The translations under genes and the position numbers were made by a program. DNA of 64,000 nucleotides from the NCBI GenBank assembly GCA_041571435.1, contig JBFFUI010000003.1, positions 1 to 64,000 on the forward strand, given 5' to 3'. The DNA is from Sulfurimonadaceae bacterium. GTDB lineage: Bacteria > Campylobacterota > Campylobacteria > Campylobacterales > Sulfurimonadaceae. The notes beneath the pieces were generated by a model. That model was given only the letters and a program-made list of their open reading frames with translations. It did not search any database and had not been told where the DNA came from. Positions 1-10,026 of the stretch are shown here, piece after piece; position 1 is the stretch's first letter, and every line of letters begins with the position of its first letter.

Positions 1-570
1 GATATCAAGGTTGTTGGTAGGCTCATCGAGGAAGAGGACATCCGGTTTCGGGAAAAGAACCTGCGCCAGCAGGACTTTGAACTTATCCGAAGTCTTGAGC
101 GACGACATCAGGTTGTAGTGCTCTTCTGCCGGGATACCGACGTTTTCAAGGATCTTTGCGATCTGTGTCTCGTATTCATAGGTCGGGTCCTCTTCGACAC
201 AGATCATCTCGAGTTCGCCAAGACGTTCATTGACCTTGTCGTCTTCGAAGTCACCCGTGGTATAGAGTTCTTCTTTCTCTTTGACTGCATCATAGAGGCG
301 TTTGTTACCGTAGAGTACCGCGTCCATGATCGTATAGTCTTCGAAGGCAAACTGGTTTTGTCCCAAGACGCCCACTCTAAGACCACTGCCGATGATCACT
401 TCACCTTCGTAGTCTTTGATCTCTCCGCTCAAGATCTTAAGAAAAGTTGTTTTACCGGCACCATTCGCACCGATAAGGCCATAGCGTTTATGCTGGTCAA
501 GTTTAATGTTGATATCTTCAAAAAGGATGCGGCTACCAAAGCGCATCGTCAAGTTCTGTGTTCTAACCAT
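1..570 (-). CDS. ABC-F family ATP-binding protein (partial, runs off window start)
   Basis: Not in the ORF track. Manual minus-strand translation from ATG at 570 gives MVRTQNLTMRFGSRILFEDINIKLDQHKRYGLIGANGAGKTTFLKIL (Walker A) and, near base 1, VLFLDEPTNNLDI (Walker B typical of ABC-F). Confidence 0.9.
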   Translation of the reverse strand, partial: MVRTQNLTMRFGSRILFEDINIKLDQHKRYGLIGANGAGKTTFLKILSGEIKDYEGEVIIGSGLRVGVLGQNQFAFEDYTIMDAVLYGNKRLYDAVKEKEELYTTGDFEDDKVNERLGELEMICVEEDPTYEYETQIAKILENVGIPAEEHYNLMSSLKTSDKFKVLLAQVLFPKPDVLFLDEPTNNLDI

Positions 571-790
571 AATCTCTCTCTTGGTCCACCTCTTACATCA
601 TCAAAGAGGTTGCCGTTAATATTTTCGCGATTATAACAAAATAGAGGTAATGGCCCGGTTAGCTCACTTTTTACTATTTATATGTCTTTGCCTATTTAGC
701 CTGACAGAGCCGTCTAGGACCCTACTTGAAAGCTTATTTCAGGATTTTTTCATCTACATAGTACTATAACTATAGAGTAGAAGGATATTC

Positions 791-1714
791 ATGAACCATT
801 TTGATCCTGTCAACCATACGTTTTATGTATTGCATCCATCAGAAAGTGCCCTGGATGATCAGATCAAAGAGATCGTAAATAATCATGTCATATACACCAC
901 GACTGATCTCAAAGGGATCATCGAGAGGGTCAGTCCGGCATTTTGCGAACGCAGCGGTTATACGAGTAAAGAGCTGCTTGGCTGCTCACACAACCTACTG
1001 CGCGCCCCCGATACGGATGACAGCGTTTATGCTGATCTTTGGGAGACCATAGAGAGTGACAGGATCTGGCGGGGCGAAATAAAAAACATTGCCAAAGACG
1101 GTCAAGCCTACTGGATAAAATGCGTCATAAGACCTCTTTTCGGTCATGCAGGCGAAAAGGTCGGCTACATCGCCTTGCGTGACAACATAACCCGCGAAAA
1201 AGAGATTGAAGAGCACGCGCTGATCGATGAAGTCACAAAAGCCTATAATCGCAAAAAGATCAACCAGGACATCATGGACGCCATTAAGCGTTATGAACGT
1301 TATGCTACGCCGTGTGCACTGGTGATGCTTGACATCGACTGTTTCAAGGGCTTTAATGATCAATATGGCCATCTGACCGGTGATGAGATCCTCATCCAGG
1401 TCAGTGCCTTTATCAAGGCCCAGGTCAGGTCATCGGATATCTTTGCACGATGGGGCGGTGATGAGTTTGCTCTGCTTGCCCCCGGCATCAACAGTGAGCA
1501 GGCAGCACTACTTTGTGAAAAACTCCGCTGTGCTGTTGCCGATCAGACCAGTATGATTCTGCAAAAGAGTCATAACATTTCAGAACCCATTACCTGCAGT
1601 TTCGGTGTTACTGCAATCCAAGAGGGTGATACGATCGACTCGCTGATAGGGCGTACGGACAGGGCCCTCTATCTTGCCAAAGAACATGGACGCAACTGCG
1701 TAGAGGTACTTTGA
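791..1714 (+). CDS. PAS-GGDEF diguanylate cyclase
   Basis: N-terminal PAS (HNLLR..LWETI..W.GEIKN..KDG..YW); RSSD I-site; RWGGDEF; AAGGA RBS upstream. Confidence 0.9.
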   Translation: MNHFDPVNHTFYVLHPSESALDDQIKEIVNNHVIYTTTDLKGIIERVSPAFCERSGYTSKELLGCSHNLLRAPDTDDSVYADLWETIESDRIWRGEIKNIAKDGQAYWIKCVIRPLFGHAGEKVGYIALRDNITREKEIEEHALIDEVTKAYNRKKINQDIMDAIKRYERYATPCALVMLDIDCFKGFNDQYGHLTGDEILIQVSAFIKAQVRSSDIFARWGGDEFALLAPGINSEQAALLCEKLRCAVADQTSMILQKSHNISEPITCSFGVTAIQEGDTIDSLIGRTDRALYLAKEHGRNCVEVL

Positions 1715-1789
1715 TACGCATGAGCTAACGCCTCAAAACATCGGCAACGGCATTTCTCTTGATTTTTTCATGCTCCTGTTATATAATAG

Positions 1790-2728
1790 ATGATTATGAA
1801 CAGTTCAGACGCAGATCTTAAAAACGCTGTGATGCATGCACAAAGTGAAAAAGCCCATAGTGATCTGAGCCGTTCTGTCAATGCACTTTTACGACAACAT
1901 GTGATCTACTCTGTGACCGATGAAAACGGCAAAATCATCGATATCAGTGATGCTTTCAGCCGACATACCGGCTATACCCGCAGTGAACTCATCGGCAATC
2001 GCCACAATATCCTCCGTTCGGAAAGCACCCCTACCTCTCTCTACCGTAGTCTATGGGCTACGATCAACAGAGGTGAAACGTGGTTCGGGGAAGTCCAAAA
2101 CCTGAAAAAAGACGGCACACCGTTTTGGATCGACTGCACGATCACACCACTCTTTGACAACGAAAGACGTCAGCGAGGTTTTTTAGCCATCTACAGCAAT
2201 ATCACCCGTGAGAAAGAGATAGAAGAAGCATCCTACATTGATGAATTGACACAGGTCCACAACCGAAAAAAGCTTAACAGATGTCTTGATGCACACTTTG
2301 AAATGGAGAATAGAAACAGAATATCTGCCGCTCTTGTCATGATCGATATTGACCATTTTAAATTGATTAACGATACCTATGGGCACCTTATCGGTGACGA
2401 GATACTGGTTGCGCTAAGCAGTTTTATTGACAGACAGGTACGCAAGTCTGATCTTTTCTGCCGTTGGGGCGGTGAAGAGTTTGTACTTTTTCTACCCTAT
2501 ATCACCCGTGAAGAAGTTCTCAGTCTTTGTGAAAAACTACGCACGAGTATCGCTTCAATGCCCTGTAAGACCCTGCAAAAACATGCCGGTATCGACCAAC
2601 ATATAACCTGCAGTTTCGGTGTGACCATGCTGCGCGATCGTGATACCCAGGAAAGCATTACCACTCGTGCAGACCAGGCGCTTTACCGGGCCAAAGAGAA
2701 CGGGCGGAACAAGGTCGAGTTCATTTAA
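1790..2728 (+). CDS. PAS-GGDEF diguanylate cyclase (paralog of 791..1714)
   Basis: PAS (HNILR..LWATI..WFGEVQN..KDG..FW); RKSD I-site; RWGGEEF. Confidence 0.9.
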   Translation: MIMNSSDADLKNAVMHAQSEKAHSDLSRSVNALLRQHVIYSVTDENGKIIDISDAFSRHTGYTRSELIGNRHNILRSESTPTSLYRSLWATINRGETWFGEVQNLKKDGTPFWIDCTITPLFDNERRQRGFLAIYSNITREKEIEEASYIDELTQVHNRKKLNRCLDAHFEMENRNRISAALVMIDIDHFKLINDTYGHLIGDEILVALSSFIDRQVRKSDLFCRWGGEEFVLFLPYITREEVLSLCEKLRTSIASMPCKTLQKHAGIDQHITCSFGVTMLRDRDTQESITTRADQALYRAKENGRNKVEFI

Positions 2729-2743
2729 AGGAGACAAGAAGAA

Positions 2744-3181
2744 CTAACCGCAACACTTTTTGTATTTCTTGCCGCTGCCGCAGGGACAGGGTTCGTTGCG
2801 CTCTATTTTCGTCGTATAGAGGGTACCTTCATCATACAACCACTGGCCGTTTTCATACACAAACGTACTTTTTTCATGTAGAAGACGAATTCCGCCGGCA
2901 TCCCGATAATAGGCTTTAAACTCCACACTCTCTTCGGAGGCGGAAACTACATCGAGTCGTAACCACTCTACCTGATTCATTTGCATTTTCAGCGCGTCAA
3001 GTTCATCAGGAGCATGATGTGCCGGCAAAGACGTTTTATAGAGATATTCAGCATTACCAAGCGCAAAAGCGCTGTAGCGAGAGCGCATGAGCTCTTCGGC
3101 TATTTGTGCTTTTTGCAATCTGCTGTGCAGAGGTTCGCAACAGTCGGAATATGCTTTATTTGAACCGCACGGGCACACCAT
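2744..3181 (-). CDS. YchJ family protein with SEC-C motifs
   Basis: CPCGS..Y..CC at both ends; AEELMRSRYSAF; HEKSTF...W.Y. Confidence 0.9.
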   Translation of the reverse strand: MVCPCGSNKAYSDCCEPLHSRLQKAQIAEELMRSRYSAFALGNAEYLYKTSLPAHHAPDELDALKMQMNQVEWLRLDVVSASEESVEFKAYYRDAGGIRLLHEKSTFVYENGQWLYDEGTLYTTKIERNEPCPCGSGKKYKKCCG

Positions 3182-3277
3182 TTTTCGCCTTTTATTCTTG
3201 CGTAAATATCTCGTAAGGCTATCACAATGAAGATTGAAGTAAGATAAGTCATATCATGGTCTCACCTAGGAACTTGC

Positions 3278-5371
3278 ATGTCTAAAACTTCCAGTCTCTA
3301 CCTTGCATCACTTGAACTTGCGACGGGAACACTTTTTGTCAGTATCGGTCTGATGAACATCCTGAAAAGCCGTTACCAGAAAGTGGCGTTTTTTCGTCCT
3401 GTCATAAAGCAGAGGGAACGAGACGATGGGGATATAACCTTTATGCGCGAACACTTTTCCTTGATACAAAGCTATGAAGAGTGTTTCTGTTTCGATACTG
3501 ACGAGGTTGAGAACTTCCTTGCAGAAGAGAATATCGACCAGTTCATCACGACCATTATCACTCACTATAAGAAGCTTGAAGCAAAATACGACTTTGTCCT
3601 AATTGAAGGACTTCCCCGTTCTCTGTTCAGTGCAACCCTCGATTTTGACATCAATCTGCATTTGGCTAAAAATCTCTCGACCCCTTTTATCCCTATTCTC
3701 AACGCCAAAGAGAAGCTGAGCCGTGCGATCTATGATGAGATCAAACTCGAAGAGGAGATCGTCCAAAATGCCGGCGTCAGCCATTTCGCCACTTTTGTCA
3801 ACCGCATAAAAGCGTCAGAGATGCAGGCTGTCAAGGATCTTCTGCAAAACAGACCAACCCGGGTTATGAGCTTTCTATTGCCAAATAACCGTGAACTTGA
3901 CACCCCTTCTCTCCAGGAGATCAGAATGGCTTTAAACGCTGAGATGGTCTTGGGCAGCGAAGACTCTTTGAACAATAGTGTCAAGCAGAGTAAGATCGCG
4001 GCGATGAGTCTGGAACACTTTCTTCCCCGTCTTAAAGAGGGCGACTTGATCATCGTACCGGCAGATCGTGCAGACATTATCATCGCCACCTTCGTCTCTT
4101 TTTATGCCAAAGAATCGCCAAATGTGGCGGGTATTATCCTCTCCGGAGGGATCACCCCTGACCAAAGTATGATGCGGTTGCTTACGAATTTTCATGTCAT
4201 CGAACTCCCTATCATGAGTGTTGAAGCCGACACGTACACGACTGCCTCGCAAGTAGAGGTGGTTCGTTCACGTATCACGCCTAAGAGTACGCGCAAGATC
4301 GCATTGGCAAAAGGGTTATTTGACACCAATGTCAACAGAGAGAAGATCCTGAAACGGCTGCAAGAGAGCCATACCAATATCATGACGCCGATGATGTTCA
4401 CCTATACGCTGTTTGAACGTGCCCGCCAGAAACGACAACGTATCGTCCTGCCAGAAAGCAGTGATGAACGCATTTTGCGCGCGGCAGAGATCCTGCTTAG
4501 ACGAGATGTCGTTGACCTCGTGCTTTTAGGCAATGAAAATGATATAGGATACAAGGCATCCCTGCTCTCTCTAGATATTGCAAAAGCAACGATCATCGAT
4601 CCGGACAGTTCACCGTACAAAGAGCGCTTTTCTGAGACATTTTTTGAACTGCGAAAAACCAAAGGCCTCACTCTGGATGCTGCCAGAGATGCCATGGCCC
4701 ATCCAAACTATTTTGCTACAATGATGGTCCACCTCGGTCTGGCCGACGGGATGGTATCAGGTGCCGTTCACACGACTGGAGACACCATCCGGCCAGCGCT
4801 TCAGATCATCAAGACCACAGAGGAGAATTCCATCGTCTCAAGCGTCTTCTTTATGTGTCTTCAGACCCGTGTTCTGGTCTACGGTGACTGTGCCGTAAAC
4901 CTGGACCCCAATGCCGAGGAGCTGGCACAGATCGCAATATCTTCTGCAAAGACTGCCGAACGTTTCGGGATCGAACCGCGCATCGCTATGCTCTCATACT
5001 CTACCGGCAGTTCAGGACAGGGAGACACCGTAGACAAAGTCCGAAAAGCAACAGAGATCGTCCAAAAAAGTCACCCCCATCTGCTCATTGAAGGGCCTAT
5101 CCAATACGATGCGGCCATTGATCCGGAAGTGGCCAGAACCAAACTGCCTGATAGCCGTATTGCCGGCAGCGCGACCATCTTTATCTTCCCTGATCTGAAT
5201 ACCGGAAACAACACCTACAAAGCGGTTCAGCGCAGTGCCAAAGCCATTGCTATCGGCCCTGTTTTACAGGGACTGAAAAAGCCGGTCAACGACCTCAGCC
5301 GGGGCTGCAGTGTCGATGACATCGTTAACACCGTCGCCATCACTGCTGTCCAGGCACAGGAGAGAGAGTGA
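3278..5371 (+). CDS. pta: phosphate acetyltransferase (long form with N-terminal extension)
   Basis: DGMVSGAVHTT, YGDCAVN, GPIQYDAA, FPDLNTGNNTYKAVQR, PVNDLSRG; overlaps ackA. Confidence 0.97.
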   Translation: MSKTSSLYLASLELATGTLFVSIGLMNILKSRYQKVAFFRPVIKQRERDDGDITFMREHFSLIQSYEECFCFDTDEVENFLAEENIDQFITTIITHYKKLEAKYDFVLIEGLPRSLFSATLDFDINLHLAKNLSTPFIPILNAKEKLSRAIYDEIKLEEEIVQNAGVSHFATFVNRIKASEMQAVKDLLQNRPTRVMSFLLPNNRELDTPSLQEIRMALNAEMVLGSEDSLNNSVKQSKIAAMSLEHFLPRLKEGDLIIVPADRADIIIATFVSFYAKESPNVAGIILSGGITPDQSMMRLLTNFHVIELPIMSVEADTYTTASQVEVVRSRITPKSTRKIALAKGLFDTNVNREKILKRLQESHTNIMTPMMFTYTLFERARQKRQRIVLPESSDERILRAAEILLRRDVVDLVLLGNENDIGYKASLLSLDIAKATIIDPDSSPYKERFSETFFELRKTKGLTLDAARDAMAHPNYFATMMVHLGLADGMVSGAVHTTGDTIRPALQIIKTTEENSIVSSVFFMCLQTRVLVYGDCAVNLDPNAEELAQIAISSAKTAERFGIEPRIAMLSYSTGSSGQGDTVDKVRKATEIVQKSHPHLLIEGPIQYDAAIDPEVARTKLPDSRIAGSATIFIFPDLNTGNNTYKAVQRSAKAIAIGPVLQGLKKPVNDLSRGCSVDDIVNTVAITAVQAQERE

Positions 5372-6585
5372 ACATACTTGTCTTGAACGCCGGCAGCTCC
5401 TCTCTGAAATGGAAGCTCTATGACATGGACGTATCCGAATCCGTTGCTTCCGGGCTAATCGAAGGTATTGCTGAGAACAGCGGCTCTTTCCAACTTCAAC
5501 ATCAAGACAAAGCGCTCAATACCGTAGAGATGATCACCGATCATCACGCAGCCTTTGCGCTGCTCTTTGAGGCCCTGAAAAAAGAGAAGATCATTGATCT
5601 AGAACGTGACCTCTCTGCCATCGGCCACCGCGTCGTCCACGGCGGCGAAAAATTCGTGAAACCGACATTTGTCGACAGCATTGTATTGGCTGAACTTAGA
5701 GCATTAAATCCGATTGCACCACTGCACAATCCTGCCAATCTTCTCGGGATGGAGATAACAGCAAAACTGGCTCCTAAAATCCCCAACATCGCTGTCTTCG
5801 ATACCGCCTTTCACAACAGCATGCCTGAACATGCCTACTTATATGCACTGCCAAAACCGCTCTACGAAGAGCACCGGATTCGCCGTTATGGTTTTCACGG
5901 TACTTCACACCACTATGTCGCGCGGCAAACAGCAGCTGACATGGGGCAGCCGCTTGAACAGCTCAATCTTATCACCTTGCATCTTGGCAACGGAGCAAGC
6001 GCCTGTGCCATAAAAAAAGGAAAAAGTGTCGATACGTCGATGGGGTTCACCCCATTGGAGGGACTAGTCATGGGAACACGCTCAGGTGATCTTGACCCTG
6101 CAATTGTCACCTACCTTCTTCAATATCGGGGCATGAGTGCCCAAGAGATCGACAGACTGCTCAACAGAGAAAGCGGCTTAAAAGGCATCTGCCATGAGAA
6201 TGACCTTAGAGTGATCATAGAGAGAGCCTCCAACATGGACAAAGAAGCTCAGCTCGCGCTGGATATCTTCACCTATCGTATCAAGAAATACATTGGTTCC
6301 TATACCGCTGTCTTGGGACGCGTCGATGCGATTGTCTTTACAGGAGGTATCGGCGAACATGCCCCACTGATCCGTAGTATGGTGCTGGATGGACTGGACG
6401 ATGCGTTTGGCATCTTTTTGGATGAGACCAAGAATCAGGACAGTCGAAGCAGCGCCATTCATCAACCAAACAGCCGCATTGAGCTCTACGTCACTCCGAC
6501 CGACGAAGAGTTGGAGATTGCCCTTGAAAGTGCCGAATATTTAAAAAATCACAAATTAACATTATTTAATACTGGCATAAGTTAA
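5368..6585 (+). CDS. ackA: acetate kinase
   Basis: LVLNAGSSSLK, GHRVVHGG, APLHNP, FDTAFH, RRYGFHGTSH, HLGNGAS, FTGGIGE. Confidence 0.98.
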   Translation: MNILVLNAGSSSLKWKLYDMDVSESVASGLIEGIAENSGSFQLQHQDKALNTVEMITDHHAAFALLFEALKKEKIIDLERDLSAIGHRVVHGGEKFVKPTFVDSIVLAELRALNPIAPLHNPANLLGMEITAKLAPKIPNIAVFDTAFHNSMPEHAYLYALPKPLYEEHRIRRYGFHGTSHHYVARQTAADMGQPLEQLNLITLHLGNGASACAIKKGKSVDTSMGFTPLEGLVMGTRSGDLDPAIVTYLLQYRGMSAQEIDRLLNRESGLKGICHENDLRVIIERASNMDKEAQLALDIFTYRIKKYIGSYTAVLGRVDAIVFTGGIGEHAPLIRSMVLDGLDDAFGIFLDETKNQDSRSSAIHQPNSRIELYVTPTDEELEIALESAEYLKNHKLTLFNTGIS

Positions 6586-6820
6586 GCATGATAGAATCTC
6601 TGTAACATTATAAACTTTTATAATGCTGTTCTCACTCATTTCAACTTAATAGGGTTGTGTGCAGTTGGTCCTTATACCATTCTCGGCAACTTCTATCTAC
6701 GAAAAATCTTGAGATCTTTCCATGATTAAGTCACAAAAGTGGCTTTTTCATCAATGACAGACTTCTCCCAAATCCAGCATTTTAATATCATCTTTGTTAC
6801 TATTGCGAAAAGGATATTAT

Positions 6821-7024
6821 ATGATTTATCAACTGACCGAAGAGTACATTGAGCTCTACAAACTTATCAAACTATTAGACCTTGTGGACAGCGGGGCAGA
6901 TGCGAAAATGATCGTGGCCGACGGGCACGTCATCCGAAACGGAGAAGTGGAGATGCGGAAACGGGCCAAAATCCGTCCTGGTGATAAACTGGTTATTGGC
7001 GATGTGACGATCGAGGTTGAGTAA
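6821..7024 (+). CDS. RNA-binding S4 domain protein (YaaA/YbcJ-like)
   Basis: EYIELYKLIK..SGADAK..V..G.V.RNGEVE.RKRAKI..GD; ATG at 6821 after AAGGA is preferred over the TTG at 6794. Confidence 0.88.
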   Translation: MIYQLTEEYIELYKLIKLLDLVDSGADAKMIVADGHVIRNGEVEMRKRAKIRPGDKLVIGDVTIEVE

Positions 7025-7036
7025 CCTCTTGTCTAA

Positions 7037-7558
7037 TTATGCAGCGTTTAACGTGTCCATGAAGCCGTTGAACGTGTCAGGAGTCACCCCGTTTTCGGCG
7101 AGAAACGCCATCAATGCCGCTTCAGAAGCGTCAACACCTTCACTCTTCTCGATATCTAGTAGTTTAGCATACAAGCCGGCAATAGTCTCTTTTGCTTTAG
7201 GTTGAACATTCGTACGTGTCGACACATAGTTTCTAAAAGAGCCATCAGGGTTTGTTGCGACCCTTACCTGAGCCAGCACCCAGTAATGACCGCCGTCTTT
7301 ACAGAGGTTTTTGACAAAAGCATGAACCTCTTTACCCACTTTAAGGTTTTCCCACAGATATTTAAAAATCACTTTCGGCATGTCGGGATGACGAAGAATA
7401 GCGTGTGGTTGCTCAAGCAGTTCACCTTTTGTATAGCCTGAGATCTTCATAAAGATAGGATTCGTGTAGGTGATATCACCTTTTTCATCTGACTTCGATA
7501 CGATCATATCTACACTGGTAACTTCATGTTCAACATCTGTCGGTGTTGGTCTTTCCAT
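7037..7558 (-). CDS. stand-alone PAS sensor protein (CetB/Aer PAS-like)
   Basis: IVSKSD.KG.ITY.N..F..ISGY...EL...PH.ILRHPDMP...F..LW..L; VKNLCKDG.HYWV. Confidence 0.85.
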   Translation of the reverse strand: MERPTPTDVEHEVTSVDMIVSKSDEKGDITYTNPIFMKISGYTKGELLEQPHAILRHPDMPKVIFKYLWENLKVGKEVHAFVKNLCKDGGHYWVLAQVRVATNPDGSFRNYVSTRTNVQPKAKETIAGLYAKLLDIEKSEGVDASEAALMAFLAENGVTPDTFNGFMDTLNAA

Positions 7559-7727
7559 CTTTGCTTTCCTTACTGGTGAATTTAGGATTATACTATCATA
7601 ATATGGCTTTTGAATGCAAGTTTTTCATATAATAATTTTTTATATTTAAACCAAACTTGTCAGAAGCTGTTTTATACGGTGTTTCCTTGTCTCCGCCTAT
7701 CCTGATACTTGGACCTAACAATCCCTG

Positions 7728-8441
7728 TTAAAGAAAAAAGGAGCTTCCAACCCCGATCAGTCCTCCGAAGACACCACCCCAGACAACCAGCCAGCCAAGG
7801 TGTTCACGAATAAGGTTCTGAACCATCTCTTTGACCACCTGCGGTGTAAGCTCGTCAAGACGAGCGCTGATAACCTCTTCTATCTTCTTCAACATATCTT
7901 CACTCAAGGTCGAGTCGCTTAGATAATCCTGCAGCTGCAGCTCGAAGCTTTCGCTGGCAACAATACGGCCGACAGCACTTTTGAGTTTGCGCGAGAAAGG
8001 GTCACGCAGGGCATCAAGAGCCTTCTCACCGCCAAACATGCCGAGCATTCCGCCAAATGCAGACTCCATAACTGTTTTGCTCAAAGCGTCAAAAGCCGGC
8101 GAAAAGTCGGTCTCTTCGATCATGGGTAAGAGGTCGATCTTTTTCTCTTCACCGGCAAAAAAGTTGTCCAGCTGCTCTTTGGTAAAAAACTGCGTCATCA
8201 TCAGCTCTTTTATCGCTGTTTTAAAACTCTCAAAGCGGTTGACAATGACACCCGAACCCACCAGAAACGGTACTTTTTCAAATAGCATATGAATCGCGAG
8301 TAGATTGGTGATAGCTCCGGAGAACGCAAAGATGCCTCCATAGAGCACCGCTTTTGACACTGATGGTTCGGGAATGAGCACCGAGAGAGGGATCAGGGTC
8401 AACGCTGTTACATTCGACGCAAAACTTTTGTTAATTCGCAT
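7728..8441 (-). CDS. DUF445-like membrane protein
   Basis: FAFSGAITNLLAIHMLFEKVP..GSGVI and C-terminal HLGWLVVWGGVFGGLIG. Confidence 0.8.
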   Translation of the reverse strand: MRINKSFASNVTALTLIPLSVLIPEPSVSKAVLYGGIFAFSGAITNLLAIHMLFEKVPFLVGSGVIVNRFESFKTAIKELMMTQFFTKEQLDNFFAGEEKKIDLLPMIEETDFSPAFDALSKTVMESAFGGMLGMFGGEKALDALRDPFSRKLKSAVGRIVASESFELQLQDYLSDSTLSEDMLKKIEEVISARLDELTPQVVKEMVQNLIREHLGWLVVWGGVFGGLIGVGSSFFL

Positions 8442-8531
8442 TTGTATCCTTAATCATAAATATCGTTCTGCTTAATAAGGGTGAAATTATACAAGAAAGG
8501 CTACATTATGAAAAAATATTAAGATGAGCAT

Positions 8532-9005
8532 ATGATACAGACAATCGGACAGATATTCGCAAACGGAAATAAAGAACAGATTATCGCTGTCTTGCAGACA
8601 GCCCTGAAAAGCACCAATGAATCACCGATGTGGGTGGAGAAAAGCATTCCTCTGGCAACGGCTGTACTTTCGGTACTGATCCCGCTTAGAGAGCAAAACC
8701 TTCTTTTCACGCCGGAGGGAAAGCCCGAAGAGACATTGACCGGTGAACTGTTCATACGTTACTGTGATCTTGCCAACCTGAAATGGCTCGCATTCACTCT
8801 CCAAAAAAGCAATGATGCAGGTTCCCTGCAACGCACAAAATACAGTGCCGACAAAATAACACACTACGATATGATCGACCTTGCAGAACTGGGCAGTTAC
8901 CTCAGCAGCTACACGGTCAACCTCGAGGATGAGTGGCTGGACTTCCCTATCGCCAACTACAATCTGCACATCGGTATAACCGATCTCCTAAAAAAACTGG
9001 TATAA
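8532..9005 (+). CDS. hypothetical protein
   Basis: 157-aa ORF filling the gap between flanking genes; no motif recognised. Confidence 0.7.
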   Translation: MIQTIGQIFANGNKEQIIAVLQTALKSTNESPMWVEKSIPLATAVLSVLIPLREQNLLFTPEGKPEETLTGELFIRYCDLANLKWLAFTLQKSNDAGSLQRTKYSADKITHYDMIDLAELGSYLSSYTVNLEDEWLDFPIANYNLHIGITDLLKKLV

Positions 9006-9041
9006 GGTACTAACTAGAGTGCATATTGCGCCAACGATCTT

Positions 9042-9656
9042 TTACCAGGAGACAGATTTTCCGGAACCACGCTTCCCGATGATCGTCTCACCTTCCCACC
9101 AGGCCAGACCGGTCTTGATCTCAGTCAGGCTGAGCATGAAGTAGTACTCCACCTGCTGTTTGCCGTCATCCATTCTGACATTACGCTGCAGTATCTTGCC
9201 CGAAAGGCTCATATCCGGGGCGATCATCTGCCCTTTTTCCTGAACGGTACGCTGGTTAAACTCATCGTCACTGCGAAGTTCACGTGCCTGTTTGCTCATC
9301 TCATCCTCTGCACCGTTGGCACTGACGGCTGTAGTGACGACCACCTTGCCGCTTTTAAGCAGTTCGACACGGATCTTTTTGACAAGCTGGTCCGTGTCGA
9401 TATGCTGCATCGTATCGTTGGTCACGCGCGATATCGCCAGTACGTAACGGTCACCGCTCTTTTTGTCCAGGGCACCCGACATTAACATCGACTGCACCGC
9501 TTCCGCCGCAGCCTGGTTAAAGTCACGATAATCGAGACCCATTACCTGCTCACCCTTGTCGTTACTCATGTCGATGCGTTCGGTTTTATCCGCACACCCG
9601 CTCATCAGACCGGCTGCCAAAAACGCACTCAGTGTGATCTTCATTACATTCTTCAT
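9042..9656 (-). CDS. LpoB-like lipoprotein (Cj0091-like)
   Basis: Lipobox MSG-C; ISRVTNDTMQHIDTDQLVKKIR; EYYFMLSLT..KTGL.WWE. Confidence 0.8.
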   Translation of the reverse strand: MKNVMKITLSAFLAAGLMSGCADKTERIDMSNDKGEQVMGLDYRDFNQAAAEAVQSMLMSGALDKKSGDRYVLAISRVTNDTMQHIDTDQLVKKIRVELLKSGKVVVTTAVSANGAEDEMSKQARELRSDDEFNQRTVQEKGQMIAPDMSLSGKILQRNVRMDDGKQQVEYYFMLSLTEIKTGLAWWEGETIIGKRGSGKSVSW

Positions 9657-9665
9657 GATCTTCCT

Positions 9666-10025
9666 TTATTTGTTGATAAAGAGACGGTAATCCGTCGCCT
9701 TTTTATTTGGGGCTACGATGTGGATCGTAAAGTTGGCATTTTTATAGACCGGTAGCTCCCTCCAGTTCTTGGCTATAGAGTCGATCTCGAATCCCTCTTC
9801 ATCAAACCAGACAACACGGTAACGAAGTTTCATATACTCGTCTGTCTCATTCTCACCCATAACCTGAAGCTCCTTAAGACCACTTTCACTGTTGATGCGT
9901 TCAGTGATCTTCTCAATAGAGATATCATCGCTGATCGAATCATCCACCACTTTTACATACGATGTTTTATCGGCACAGGCACTAAACAGCAGTACGAATA
10001 CCGTCAACCCTATCCATCTTCTCAT
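9666..10025 (-). CDS. DUF1425/YcfL-like lipoprotein (Cj0090-like)
   Basis: Lipobox FSA-C; LRYRVVWFD.EGF; APN.KA.DYRL. Confidence 0.8.
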   Translation of the reverse strand: MRRWIGLTVFVLLFSACADKTSYVKVVDDSISDDISIEKITERINSESGLKELQVMGENETDEYMKLRYRVVWFDEEGFEIDSIAKNWRELPVYKNANFTIHIVAPNKKATDYRLFINK

Positions 10026-10026
10026 A

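Noticed and set aside
118-636. 172-aa plus-strand ORF
   Set aside because: Antisense shadow of the minus-strand ABC-F gene.
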